64,000 nt of DNA from Naegleria gruberi (GCA_000004985.1 GG738874.1), one strand, 5' to 3'. Shown: positions 1-12,900, numbered from the stretch's first letter. Translations and numbers: made by a program. The notes: generated by a model from the sequence alone, not told the origin.

Positions 1-4
1 TAAA

Positions 5-3000
5 ATGGGCCTCTACGGAAATTGGGTGTGGAAGATATTGAACTATTTAGTGACATTATCTTTGGATGATTTGCCTGATAGTGTCATGTCATATAATGCA
101 ATGATAGGTGTCTCTTCTATTTGTATTACCTTCTCAGTTTTTGGGCTTCTGATATTTTACTACTCTGCCAAACAATTTCAAATTGCTAGCAGGCATATGA
201 AATTTCTTCAATTTATAATGAGAGTTTATGGTTTTTTAACGTTTTTTGCAAGTTTTACTATGGTTTTTATTATGACCTCTTTTATTGATTGTAACTATTC
301 TAGTTCAGTAATTTTTGAAGGATTTGATCAACCACAAATGGTTCTCAATAGATTTCCATCTCAAATGTGCTTCTCTTCTACAAATATTACAATGATTGTT
401 TTGAGCTATGTCGGAATTCTTGCATTAATGTTATTGACATTCATGAGTGTTTTTACTAGAGGAGAGACACATGTAAAAGCAAGTAGTAGCCCCTTTGTTT
501 CAGAGCATGTGCTATTTCAAGTAGCAGTTTTGATAATTACCCAATTACAAATAACCCTTAACTATTCTATCCCTTTTGAATACTCGTACCTGAGAAGTAT
601 ATCTCATATAGTCTTATCACTAATTTTATTACCTATACTATTTTACTATTTACCCTTCTTTAAAAGAGTTGATAATTCAATAATGGTTGGATTATGCCTT
701 GCCAAGTCCTTCCTTGGTGTCGCACCCCTAATTTCTTTTCTTGTAAATACACAAGGAGATTGGGGGATGGGTTTAGGATTTTCTCTTTCTGGATTTGGAT
801 TTATTCTCACTGGTTTCTTGATTGGTTTTATTGTTACGGAAATATATACTAGACTTCTCTACTATAGAGCAAGAAAAATTATTATTACTGCCTTAACAGA
901 ATGTGAGGTTTTGATTATTGATTTTGATGAAAATACTAGTGATGCTGATAGATATCGTAACCTTAGATCACTTTTTGAGAGAGAAGCCTTCTCGTTATTT
1001 AAACTATTCGAAGAGAAGAAAATGATGAGACACTTGTCAATGTTTTTCAAATTTTCAATGGTGTCTGGCAATAAGGGAAACTTGGATGATAGTTTTCTAT
1101 TTTCTGATGTTGATTTAGTTGTATCAATAATCAAATCTGTGGCGCAACAGAAGAACTTTCAAAATTACCCTCAGCTGATCTTAACATCAAGCATAGTCTG
1201 TGCACATTTTTGGGACCCTGAGAAAAATGGATTGGTATCTCATACTCCTCAATCTTCATCGTATGAATACGCAGTTGCTTTACTTAAAAAGATCAAGGCA
1301 AGTCAATTAGGATTTTTGTCTGATTTAGTAATGAAAAGTTTATTGAAACAATACCATACTGCATCACAAAATGAAAGTAGTGGAAAACTATCAGAACTGA
1401 AGGGTATTATTGATATTAAGGAGTTTATTTCAAAGTTAGGAAAGAAAATGGAAGATATAACAGTACAAAGGAAAATATTTTGGAAAGAATTGATGAACGA
1501 TGTTGTAGACTATGGCAAAATAATCAACATTAACAGAACAATTGCAAAATTAACCCTAGAGTGCAACACTACATTTGAAAACTTGATGAGCTATTTCCAT
1601 AGTTATGACAAAAATCTTCTCAGATTATTTGCCAGTTTCAATGAAAAGGTTTTATTCAATCAACAAAGAGCTGATGAGTTGTATCAAGATGCATCCTTGA
1701 TAGAAGATGAAGATTCGAAAAGAATTTCAGAAAAGCAAGCTCTGACATCATCAATCAACAATACCTCAAACAGTAGTCTTCAAAGTCATAGGTTTAAACC
1801 TGGAAATAGAATTTTACCTATAAGAGTAGGAACAAGAGTTAATGTTGACCTTGAAGCCGATTCAAATAGAATATCAGCTAAAATATTCGATGGTTTGGAG
1901 AATGGAGATTTTTCGAAAGAGCTAAACGAAGATCCAACTGCACTCGATCTTGCTGAGGCTGCTGATTCCCCAGAGATTAAAAAGGAAAATTTGATAAGAA
2001 CTGCACTAACAACTCCATTGAAACCTGTTGCCATCTACTTTTCTTACATTTCTTTGATAGGACTAATTATTTTAATGTTTTCTGGAGCTGTTGCACTTTC
2101 ATTATTTACAGTTATTACCTCGACCAAGAACCTTACAGATATTAAGCAATCATGCATTCCAGCATTGGGTTCAGTTCGTTTGATTTCTGATTTAAGAGTA
2201 AACCAGATTTTTAGAACATTATATTCAGGTAATACAACCTTCTCCTCCACTCTACAAAAATTTGGATTTTCTAGTATGAATGATACTGTAAATTACCATA
2301 GAGGAAAAACTTTGGATACCATTGAAAAATTCAAGCATTTAGAAAAATTAGCTTTTAGTGGAAAATGGAGTGCTGAAATGTTTCACGATTATTCAACTGA
2401 CTCTACAGAAATGTACTATCCGGAAATTCCTCACCACAACAAGGAGGGACATTTTATTAATGCTAGACCAAGAAATATGTCTGTTTCTGGTGTTACAAAC
2501 ACTATGATTCAGACTGGAAAAGATTTACTAACCTATTCTGATTCTCAGTATAATGAAACAATAGGTTCTTTTCAGTTTATGTATCTTTGGCACAATAGAG
2601 ATACCTTACCAGATATGTACGGAAAATTCTGTAATACTATTTCGTCTAGATTCTACTTTGGTATTCAAGATATGGAGAGTGTGTATGGGTACTATTTGAC
2701 AGCTATTGCAATTGTGACAGTACTGATATTCATATTTATGATTGCAATGTTCATTTTCCTCAATAGGAAATTAAAAATGATTCTCAAATTGTTTGAGAGA
2801 AACCTTCCCAAAGATGTAATTGGAAAAGTTTTTCATGAAATCAAAGCCGATGATACAGTACATGGATCTTCTAACCATTTATTGCAAAACCCATCACTGA
2901 AGATTTCAATTCTGTTTATGCTACTGCTACTAACATTTTTAATGGCAACTATAGTATGCTTTGTAATTGTGATTTCAACCATTAATAGTGCAAAAGAAAT

Positions 3001-5110
3001 AATTGGAAATATAGATGCTTCAACCAAGATTGCCACCACTTCTCAAAGAGTTTCATTGCATATTGAGGAAATTTATATTTTTGGTATTTTGCAAACAAAT
3101 ATGTATCCCATCAACAATGAGGAATTACTCACCCCTGAACAAATTTTTGAATATCACGAAGGAATGGATCAGTTAACAATTGACTTGGATGAACTTTGGA
3201 ATCGCCTTCTGTATGGTGATATTAATACTGGAGATGCTGTTCTTGTTGGATTATATCCTGAAATAGACAAGATTATTGAGGGTTACAACTGCACCAATAA
3301 TACATCAGCCAATTGTGGAGAAAGTTTGAACGACTTGCTAAACAACCTCATACTCAAAGCAACCAAGATTAATGAAATTTATGTTGCCCTTGATAAGAAT
3401 GAGAGAATAATATTTGATGAATTTTTTTCTACAATTTACATGATTAGCAATAGAGTGACAGATTCAATGCTTAATTTCATTGATATCTATGTCTCCAGTG
3501 TTCAACGTAACGATTCCTATGTTATAGTAATTCTGTTTGGAATAGGTGGCCTTTTCATAATGCCAGTTTTGTTGATCTATATTTTGAACGTTCTTTCTGG
3601 TCAATTGAATGAAATTTACTCATTACGTCTCATTTTGAACTATGTGAACATTGATATACTTGAATCAAAGGAACAACTGAGAAACTTTATTCTTCACAAC
3701 AATCTGTCACGAGAAAAGAAAAAGAAAAATCAAGTTTCTAATAATGTAGAAGAGGACAAGGTCAGAAATATTCTAAATGCCTCTGTCGAAGGTTGTTTAT
3801 TATGTAATCATAATTATGAAATTGAAATATACAATCCAGCAGCTCAAAGGTTTGTTTTTTCTACTTTACTATTTATCTAAAACAAAATTTTAAAGAATGT
3901 TTATGAAACAAGTTAATGAAGTTATTGGATTGCCAATGTGGACTCTATTTGAAAAGAATTGCCAGGATAGAATCAAACTCATCCTTCAAAATCTAACAAA
4001 AACTACTGGTAGTATTGCAAATGGTGAAACAGCAGAACTCGATGGACTAAGAAAAAATGGAACTCTCTTCCCAGCACGTGTTAATATATTTTGGACAATG
4101 TTCGATTCTAAACCAGTATTCACTTGTTTCATTAAGGATGTAACAACAGAGAAAAAGCAAAATGCACTGTTGGCCGAAGAGAAGAAGAGATCTGAAAATC
4201 TTCTCAGAAATATTTTACCAGAATCTGTAGCAAACAAATTGAAGAATGGAGATACATTCATTGCAGAAAAACTACCAGATATTACATGTTTCTTCTCAGA
4301 TATGGTTGGGTTTACTACCATATCTAGTCATTTGAATGCTAATGAGATTGTTAAAATGTTGAGCTCCATAGTCAGTGGATTTGATAAGTTAACAGATAAG
4401 TATGAATTGGAAAAGATTAAAACAATTGGAGACAGTTATTTCTGCGTTGGAGGATTACATCAAGCGAGTGACCACCCTGAGAGAGTAGTTAGATTTGCTA
4501 TTGAAACCTTTGGAGTGGTTAGGGATTATAACAATTCACTATTTAAGGATACAGATCCCCAATCTGTTTCTCAAATAGATATTAGAATTGGTATTAATAC
4601 TGGTTCAGTTGTTGCTGGAGTTATTGGTATTAAGAAGTTTGCATATGTAAGTTAGAAATTTAGTTATTCTATTAATTGATTCCTGTTAATTTAACAAAAT
4701 AGGATTTATGGGGTGATACTATTAATGTTGCTTCGAGAATGGAAAGTAATTCTAAACCTGGCCGAATCCAAGTTTCCAGATCAACCTATGAAAGAGTTCA
4801 CGATCTAGGATTTGAATTTGAGGAAAGATCAATTGAAGTGAAAGGAAAAGGAGTAATGAGGGCCTATCTTATCCACGAAAAACACCACACAAGTGCCACA
4901 TTGACCAACAAGGATATTGAAATAGTTACGGGAGATACACAGTACTTTGCAAGTCCTTTATCTGGTAGTGAATCACCCCTTCCACCAGCCTCTAGCTCCA
5001 ACCCACCCTCAATTAAATCATCACCCAATAATAGTGAATCTAAGAGAGAAGCTATTGATCCAATGGCTTATGATCGTTTAGCAACATTTACTATTGGACA
5101 AAAGGACTAG
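5..5110 (+). CDS. Receptor-type adenylate/guanylate cyclase, copy 1. Multi-TM N-terminal region, extracellular region, TM, PAS domain, class III cyclase catalytic domain. Exons 5..3849, 3896..4646, 4703..5110. Probably 5'-partial at the window edge.
   Basis: A 1291-aa ORF is joined in frame to ORFs 3897..4655 and 4739..5110 by two GT-AG introns: 3850..3895 (gtttgt...aaag) and 4647..4702 (gtaagt...atag). The junctions reproduce the continuous paralog sequence at 42934..47802 (NPAAQR|MF... and KFAY|DLWGDTIN). Cyclase motifs: FFSDMVGFT, KIKTIGDSYF, GDTINVASRMES. PAS motif: NASVEGCLLCNHNYEIEIYNPAAQR. Stop TAG at 5108-5110. Confidence 0.8.
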
Positions 5111-5114
5111 AGCT

Positions 5115-6770
5115 TTATTTCAGTAAACCAGCATATTCATTTCTCTTCTCTAGTCTCAATTTGTAGTACAATCCTGCAATTGTAACACCAACACCACATA
5201 ACAAACCTATTGCCAGAATAACAACAATTGCAATAATTACACCAGTTGAATTATCACTGGCATAGTACTTGTCATAAACTGCTTGTACTTCGCTATTGAC
5301 TTGGTTTCTATATTTTCCAATCTTATTTACATTCTTGTCAGGATAAACTCTATTGGTCAAAAAGATTGTGAATAAATTTCTTTCTGGATCTCCACAAACT
5401 TGAGTACCAGAAAATCCTAAATGCAAGAATGTTTTCTTTGAGAGACTTCCACATGATCCATTTCCTTCAGCATTGGTATCCCTGTAATAATTAATTATTC
5501 GAATTAGTTCAGTTTTTTAACTTACCATCCTAAAGCTCTAGAGCTTTGTTGAGTGTTCTTGACAGATGTAAAAAGTGAGAAAGTTGTTGAATCAATGAAA
5601 TTTTCCCTTCTTCTGAACATTAATTCGTCCATAAAATTGTAAACATCTGGCAATGTTGAAAAAATTCCAGCCTTAAAGTGTTAATTATTTAACATGATTA
5701 TTGTCAACTTACATGTCCTGAAATACCGCCCTGTGCATAACAATTTTCATCAGAAACATATCCCTGAATCAAATCATGATGATAAACCTCGTCAAGCCAA
5801 GCAGGTGGAATATTTACATCATATCTATTTGGAATGTATCCACTATTTGACATTCCAAGTTGTTCCAAAACATGTTTCCTCACAAATGCTTCAAAATAGC
5901 AAGTTTCATGACCAGGAGCATTCAATCCAATTTGTGATACGCAATCACTTCTCAAATCATCATTTGAAATTTGCAACAGATTCATATTCTTTTTAACAAT
6001 TTGTCCAATAATATACATGAGTGAAATCATAGACAAATCACTATAGACATATTTTTCACCTATAATTATTTCTCAGTCACCCAACAAATAATATTTAACA
6101 TACCTATATTGTGAGCCAACTTTTCATTCAACCAAGAATTAAAAATCTTATTCGAACAAGTAAACACTTGTGGTGGATGATAAATCTCCGTAGCACTACA
6201 ATTAAACTCAACAGTATTATAGGTAGGATTTGGATCTGGAGCCAACCCTGAATTGTGCAATAATAAATTCTCAATAGTAATTCCACTCTTTCCATTCACT
6301 CCAAATTCAGGAAAATACTTTACAACACTATCATGCAATGAAATCAAATCCTTCTGATACAACAAGGCAACTGCTGATGTGGTCGAAATTACCTTGGTCA
6401 CCGATGCCATATCAAATTTGGTCGTATTTGTATTCATCACTCGTTGTTCATCATCATTGTAAGTAAACTTTCCAAAGGCTTTAGAATAAATTGGACCATC
6501 CTTATTGGCCACTAAAAGAACAGCACCCGGAAAAGCCTTCTCAGCAATGCCACTATTTATAATATTCTCCAGATTGTCCCAACGATGATCATTTGTTTGA
6601 CCATTCACTTCATTGAAAGTAATAAAAAGTATCAACATCATAATCATCATGAATATTTTCCTTGTCATCATCATGTTGTCGATGGAACGACAAGTGCTGC
6701 AAGAGGATCCGATTCGATTTTTGATGCTTCCTTTTAATGATGAAGAATGCAAGGATGGCAATTTGGGCAT
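5115..6770 (-). CDS. Beta-lactamase-related serine hydrolase (PBP/class C beta-lactamase fold, esterase/LACTB-like) with an N-terminal signal peptide and a C-terminal TM segment. Exons 6770(or 6674)..6104, 6059..5713, 5671..5526, 5481..5115.
   Basis: SxxK motif FDMASVTKV. Y-x-N-like motif GEKYVYSD, recovered across the 44-bp intron 6060..6103 (gtatgt...tatag). YAQGGISGH is followed by intron 5672..5712 (gtaagt...ttaag). A 146-nt middle exon is followed by intron 5482..5525 (gtaagt...ttacag). The final exon carries HLGFSGTQVCGDPE. Exon lengths keep the frame (667/347/146/367 nt). There are two candidate ATGs: 6770 (MPKLP...) and 6674 (MMMTRKIF..., signal-peptide-like). Confidence 0.72.
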
Positions 6771-6867
6771 TTTTTTAATGTTAAATATTATTTAAATAAT
6801 TATAATTGAAATAAATAAATTGTGTTTACAATGAGAGAATAATTAAATTTTTAGAGGAGAGAGAAAA

Positions 6868-8611
6868 TTAGAGATTGGATTGAAGTTGGAGGATAACAGT
6901 CTTGAGGGAAGTCCATGCCTTCATTCCCTCTTCTCCTGCTTCTCTACCAAAACCAGATTGTTTAACACCACCAAATTCGGCAACATGCAAAACATTGTGA
7001 TAATTATTGATCCAACAAACTCCACATTTGATTCTGTCAGAGAAGGTGAACATATTGTCAACATTCTTAGTGAGAATGGCAGCTGCCAAACCAAATTCAG
7101 TATTATTACATCTGGTGATAACTTCATCGAGAGTCTTCCATGGCTTCAGAATAGATTGAACTGGACCAAAGATTTCTTCTCTAGCAATACGCATATTATC
7201 ATCAACCTTATTTAAATTGAACAGAGAAAAACAAGTTAAATTATTGTGTGTTAGAATTGAGATAATTGTCAAAATAAACTTACATCATAGAAAATTGTTG
7301 GCTTGACGAAATAACCCTTAGTAGGTAAACCTTCAGAATCACCACCAATTAATAATTTAGCACCTTCCTTTTTACCAATTTCAATATAGCTCTTAACTCT
7401 GTCATATTGTTCCTTGTCAACCAATGGTCCAATATTAGTTTCATCATTCAAATTGTATCCAATCTTGAAAGTGGCGACATGTTCCTTGAGCTTTCTAACA
7501 AATTCATCATAGATATCAGCATGAACAAATGTTCTACTTCCAGCAGTACAAGCTTCACCATTATTATTGAAAATACTGAAAGCAGCAACCTTAACAGCTT
7601 CATCAACATTGACATCAGGACAAACAACAACAGGTGATTTACCACCGAGTTCCAAATGGACTTGTTTCAAATTAGATTCGGCAGCTCCCTTCATGACAAG
7701 ACGACCAACTTCAGTAGATCCTGTGAATGCAATCTTACTGACCTTCTTGTGACTGACGAGTGGAGCACCAGCATTTGGACCATCACCCATAACAACATTG
7801 TAAACACCCTTTGGAATACCAACCTTTTGACAAATGTCAGCAAGTTTGAGTGCAGTCAATGGAGTTTGTTCAGATGGCTTCAAAATGACACAGTTACCCA
7901 TAGCCATAGCAGGAGCAACATTAACCAATGAACACCACATTGGGAAGTTCCATGGAGAAATAACTAGACAAACGACTCAATTATTAAATTCTAATAATGC
8001 TACCTACCACCAACAACACCAACTGGGCTTCTTTGAGTATAAACGTGGAATTTCTTATCAGTAACACAAATTCTTCCACTCAATTTATCAATCCATCCAG
8101 CACTATATCTCCAAGTATCGGTAATACTCTACATTTCCACAAAATAATAATTAATTTTAAATTGTCATATATCCACAAAAACATTCCACAAAATAATTAA
8201 TTGAAATTAATTATATCAATACTACTCCGCATCACATCATCAACCTACTTTAATAACATAACGGTTAACTCCGATAGGTGTACCATTATTAAGTCCTTCC
8301 AACAAGGCCATTTCCTCAACTTGTCTATCCCATTCATCAGCAAGTTTATAAATAAGTTCTTGTCTCTTTTGTGGTTCCATATTTCCCCATTCTCCATTCA
8401 ATGCTTCTTCAGCAGCTTGAACAGCCAATTCAACATCTTGTGCACAACCATCACTAACACTACACAAAACTTGTTCCGTAGCTGGACAAATCAAGTCCAA
8501 CTTTTTTCCGCTCTTACTCTCCACAAATTCACCATTGATGAATTGTTTGAGTTGGGAAGGTTTGATGGCTTCAAATTGCTTCAAAACTTGTACGTGGGAA
8601 ATGTTGCTCAT
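6868..8611 (-). CDS. Aldehyde dehydrogenase (ALDH1/2-like, NAD-dependent). Exons 8611..8249, 8128..8008, 7963..7284, 7206..6868.
   Basis: N-terminus KQFINGEFVESKSGKK...INPATEQV. Motifs ITDTWRYSAGWIDK, ISPWNFPMW, FTGSTEVG, ELGGKSP, GEACTAGSR, EEIFGPV, GLAAAILT, EFGGVKQSGFGRE. Introns 8129..8248 (gtaggt...tgtag), 7964..8007 (gtaggt...ctag) and 7207..7283 (gtaagt...aaataag). All junctions restore the ALDH consensus and the exon lengths keep the frame. Confidence 0.85.
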
Positions 8612-9478
8612 TTTTTTTCAATTCAATTTAAAAATATTTTTGGATTTTTATTTTTTTATGAATATTTTAGGTTTTACGATTTAAGATAGCATTATGTATA
8701 AAACAAAAACAATACACTTTAAATTATTAATAGAAAATTTTAAGATTTTTATGAGGGAATTTTTATACAATATGTACTTCTACTTCCTTAGTTGCCTTAA
8801 TTGGTTCGAATCTATACAGGTGTATAATGGAAGTGAAGGCGCTGAAGCACGCAACGAAATGAATGAAGGAGTTAGCTGAAGAGATTTTCTCTAATGAAAA
8901 GGGAAAATCTGTTGTGTCGTAAACGATAATACGAGAAGAAGCAGCGTGCTTATTGATTTGGATATTTATAAGAAATTTCCATTTTCCAATAGGCATGATC
9001 AAATTTTAAAAACCTTTAACTCTAAAACATTTCAGAAACAGATCGTGTGAGGGGTTATTACTTAGGAATTAAATTTTAGAAAGGAAGTTGGGAATAAAAT
9101 CAGAATACAACCCTATCTCTGTAACTCTAGCGGGTTGGTCCTCTTGAGCCAGAATGAACTTTGATTCTACTAATTCTGAATGTGATACCACTACTATTGC
9201 TGATCACAAAGACAAATTCATTGGGGTTTCCATTTTCAAACAGAATTCAACCTATTTAGAAATGGTGGAGCCAAGTCGGTCCTATCGCTTCTTGTTTACC
9301 TAGAATAGAATGATCTTTATATTAAGGGAAAACGCATTCGATTATCTCTCTTTAATCTCTTTTGTTTTGGCTCCGCTTCGCTGTTGCGAATGAATCAAAA
9401 TTCGGGTTAAAAGCTTGATTTTCATTCTCTGCATACTTTTCACAAATAAAACAAAACAACTCAACAATAAGCAGTAAG

Positions 9479-9808
9479 ATGCAAAGCGTTTTTAAGGTTC
9501 AATCACAAAACTTGATGGCGGTTCAACAAATTCAAGTCTACCTCTGTACACTCATAATCTACTTGCTTAATTCAATGTATAGGTCCCTGGTGTTCGATTT
9601 GGAGGAGTTCTTCATCGTTCATCACTACTCGACATCATTGGAGATTGGCAATATTATGAACACTGAAGAGAAGCAACAATTGAGAAGATTGTCCCTTATT
9701 GATGAGCAGGGATTTATGGATGAGTTATTGTTGAGTTGCTCCGAGGATGAGCAATTTAATTGTTGTCAATGCCTCTGTGGTGCTAACAAATCACAACAAC
9801 TCTCCTAA
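9479..9808 (+). CDS. Hypothetical small protein (109 aa) with a C-terminal CCQCLCG cysteine cluster
   Basis: The ORF has a true ATG at 9479 and sits in an otherwise ORF-free 860-bp spacer. I recognise no domain. The codon usage is only weakly gene-like. Confidence 0.3.
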   Translation: MQSVFKVQSQNLMAVQQIQVYLCTLIIYLLNSMYRSLVFDLEEFFIVHHYSTSLEIGNIMNTEEKQQLRRLSLIDEQGFMDELLLSCSEDEQFNCCQCLCGANKSQQLS

Positions 9809-9973
9809 GAGCAAAATGTCTTGTTTTGGTAGGGATATGGCTCTTCCAAAAGCAAAATCAAAAACACCAATTTAACCAACAGTCGAGAACGAAGAATGAA
9901 TTGTATTTCACAATAGAGTACAGGCCGAGAAATGGCATGTCGATGAAAACAATCTATTCGATGAATAAATTAT

Positions 9974-12900
9974 TTACTTGAATACTTTTACAATTTGAGT
10001 TATTGGTTTTCTACAGGTAGGACATGATTTGTTAGTGAGCTTGTTGGCACAGCCATCACACATTATCATGTGACCACATGGAACCAAAACTACATTAATC
10101 TCCTTATCCATACAAACGATGCAGTGATTATTTTCTTCTTGCTGCTCGTGGTGATGATCAGTAGGTGTGGTGATTTGAGAAATATTGGCTGGTTCTGGAA
10201 TTCTTTCTTCCTCTGCAAGCCAATCTCTATTAGTAAAGATGGATGGGTCCTCTGTTTGGATTCTTGAATTGGATGGAGTTATTCCACTATTAGAAGAAGA
10301 GGATTGATTGTTGTTGTTTGATTGACCTGTGTGTTTTTTTCTAGTTTGTACAATTTCTCTCTTTCTCTCACCGGCAAGGAATGCAGTTCTGTTTGACTTT
10401 TTCATTCTGTAGAGAAGTGAAGAGAGTTTGTCTGTTTCTCTCATTGATGAATCATTTTCACATTGTCTCAAATCTTCATCTAGGTCTTGAGTATTGTTTA
10501 CAAATGCATTCATTTCTTCTTGCTGACCGTATGACTTGGAGACTTCTTCCAAGAGTTTGTTCATACTCAAAAGTTTCAATCTGGCATCTCTAATTTTGCC
10601 ACTTTCAGCAAGAATGGAGCTTTGTAAAACTGCATTTAAGGACAATACAGAAACATCTACATTTTCTAAGGAAACACTTCTGTCAGATGTAATCTTAACT
10701 GGTTGATTAACCACTCTCACATATTTGCATCCGTTTGATGAGGCAGTATAGTAAATTTGTGCTTGAATCAATCCCTTATCCTTCTTATCATCTTTTACTT
10801 CCATTTCAATGGTAACATCTGTCTCAGCTGTTGCACTGCTAATTGATTGAGTAACCATTGAATACTTATCCAATTTAGATACCTCCTGATTCTTTGGTGA
10901 TATTGGATTGGAGAAGAGCATTTGTACTTTAACATCGGTTGCAATAACTGGATTATCAATAATTTGTCTCATTTGCCTTCTTAATTCAACTGGTTTTACA
11001 ATGTTTGTCAAACCTCCAGTATTATCAGCGAGCTTTCCAATTAATGACAAGTTACAGTTTGAGCCCTCAACACCAAAAACATTAATATTAATGCCATACT
11101 CGCAGGATAAGTTTGCAATCTTTGTGCAACACTCTTCTTGATCCTTGATACTTTTAGCTCTCTTTGAAATTTCCTCACTAATACCAGCCAAACCTGTTGT
11201 TGCAACTCCGTCAGTGCACAGGATAATTTTGCTACCTTTTTGCTGACTTGCAATACCCAAACTAACAAGTAAGGCAGGGAACAGTGCTGTAGCACCATCT
11301 TCTGCAATTGAGTAAATATACTCAATCAAATTATCATTGGCAAGTGAAACATTGTTTAGAATAGAGGTTCTATAAGATTGTCCTAACTTGAACAATCCTT
11401 CGAAATTATCAAGTAACACAGCTGGGACACTAGCTCTAGTTTGTGATCTGGCGTCACCAATAATTTGCACATTGCTTGAGAAGGTAACAATGGCTATTCT
11501 CTTATTGGGAGATTCTCTAGCTGTTTCAGTAACTTGAATATCTAGAGCCATCTTGAGACAGTCCATTCTAGAAACATAGGATGAAGATCGACTTTCGTTT
11601 GGAAGAAATTGATTATGAACAGAAACTTCAGATTCTAATCCCAATTCTCTCAGTAAACGTCTATTCTTTTCTTGTTGGTCGGATTGTCTCAAATCCAAAT
11701 TAAGAACAGAGTAGCTTGGTAATTGCTCAGATTGACACATACTGCCAGAGATATCAATACAAAAAACTAGTAAGCCGTCATCATCATTTACAGAACTCTC
11801 TTCCAACTTGTGTTCAATCATTTCTGGAATGGATGAAACATTGGAAGGTAATACATTTTCAGTATCGCAAAATGAGCATTTCCAATGATTTCTCTTTTTT
11901 TCACCATTTAACGCAGCTTTACAATTTGAACAGGTAACAAGAGGGCCTAGAGCTTTTGGACATTCTGCTAAAAGGCCATTCATACACAAGGCAGCAACAT
12001 TGGCATCAGATTTTGGATGTTTGATAGTTTGTTCGTTTGAAAGATCAATAGAGGATGAACAAGCTTGTGAAACTGTTGAGGCAGTCTTTTTTTCACTCTT
12101 CTTGAAAAGTCTCGATAAGAAACCTCCTCCACTAGACTTTTTTTTGCTTGTGGAAGATGATACTGAGCTACTTTGGGCATCATCGAGAGGAACATTTGAA
12201 ACAACTATTTGTTTTCTATAAGAATCCTCCTAATAACATTTGTTTGAAACATGATATTCAAAGAAATTCACTTACACTATAATAATAACATTCAGTAATA
12301 TTCAAAGAAGCAACTTACATTGTTGGGTCGTATTGTTCTACGAACACATTTTGAATGAATTGTGTGCAATAAGCACTTTTTCCTACACCACCAGAGCCAA
12401 CAATAGAAAATCTGTATTCATCCAATCTTCCACACATTCTTACTAGTTCATGAATAGGTTCGTCTACATTAATCCTTTGTTTGGCACTTGTTTCAAAATA
12501 AGGAATGCCCAAACGAAGTGCAACTTCCTTAACTTGTTGTTTTGACACTATTCTCTCCTCTTCCAAATCACTCTTGTTTGCAATAAGTACACAAGGAAAT
12601 GAATCAACATCCTTTGTCCTCAAAATTTGTTCCCAAATAGTTTGACAATCTTCCAACGAACTTGAATCTGTTATCGAAAAAACAATAAGAAAACCATATG
12701 ATGTTCTATAGTATTGATCTCTCAAACTACTATATTCTATTGTTGAGTGAGTGCAAAGAGGTTAGCACACTTGTTAATAATGAGAGACAACAAAAACCAA
12801 CCTTCTTGTCCAGCAGTATCGAGTAAATCAATTAAAGCTACATGATCGGAGCCTCCAGTAGTATTACTTTCACCACCAACAGAAGAATATCCAAGCTGTT

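Noticed and set aside
862-3039. Short minus-strand ORFs (862..1134, 1786..2034, 2044..2250, 2833..3039) inside cyclase copy 1
   Set aside because: They are antisense to a long, well-supported coding frame. AT-rich sequence generates such ORFs by chance.
6613-8200. Plus-strand ORFs overlapping the beta-lactamase-like and ALDH genes
   Set aside because: They are opposite-strand, out-of-frame shadows of strongly supported minus-strand exons.
9040-9440. U6 or U2 snRNA gene
   Set aside because: Only a short 5' resemblance. The invariant ACAGAGA / AGC triad (U6) and the GUAGUA branch-point region (U2) are missing.
12000-12221. Plus-strand ORF 12000..12221 and minus ORF 11980..12204 near the cpRAS/VWA junction
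   Set aside because: The minus-strand frame that carries EDSYRKQIVV...ALCMNGLL is continuous with the VWA/RING ORF. The other ORFs are frame shadows.
12230-12318. Treating the cpRAS G2-to-linker join as a simple single intron
   Set aside because: A direct gtaagt...ttattag join gives an immediate in-frame TAG. A nested-intron / 1-nt exon model or a sequencing error is needed. I report it as unresolved rather than asserting it.
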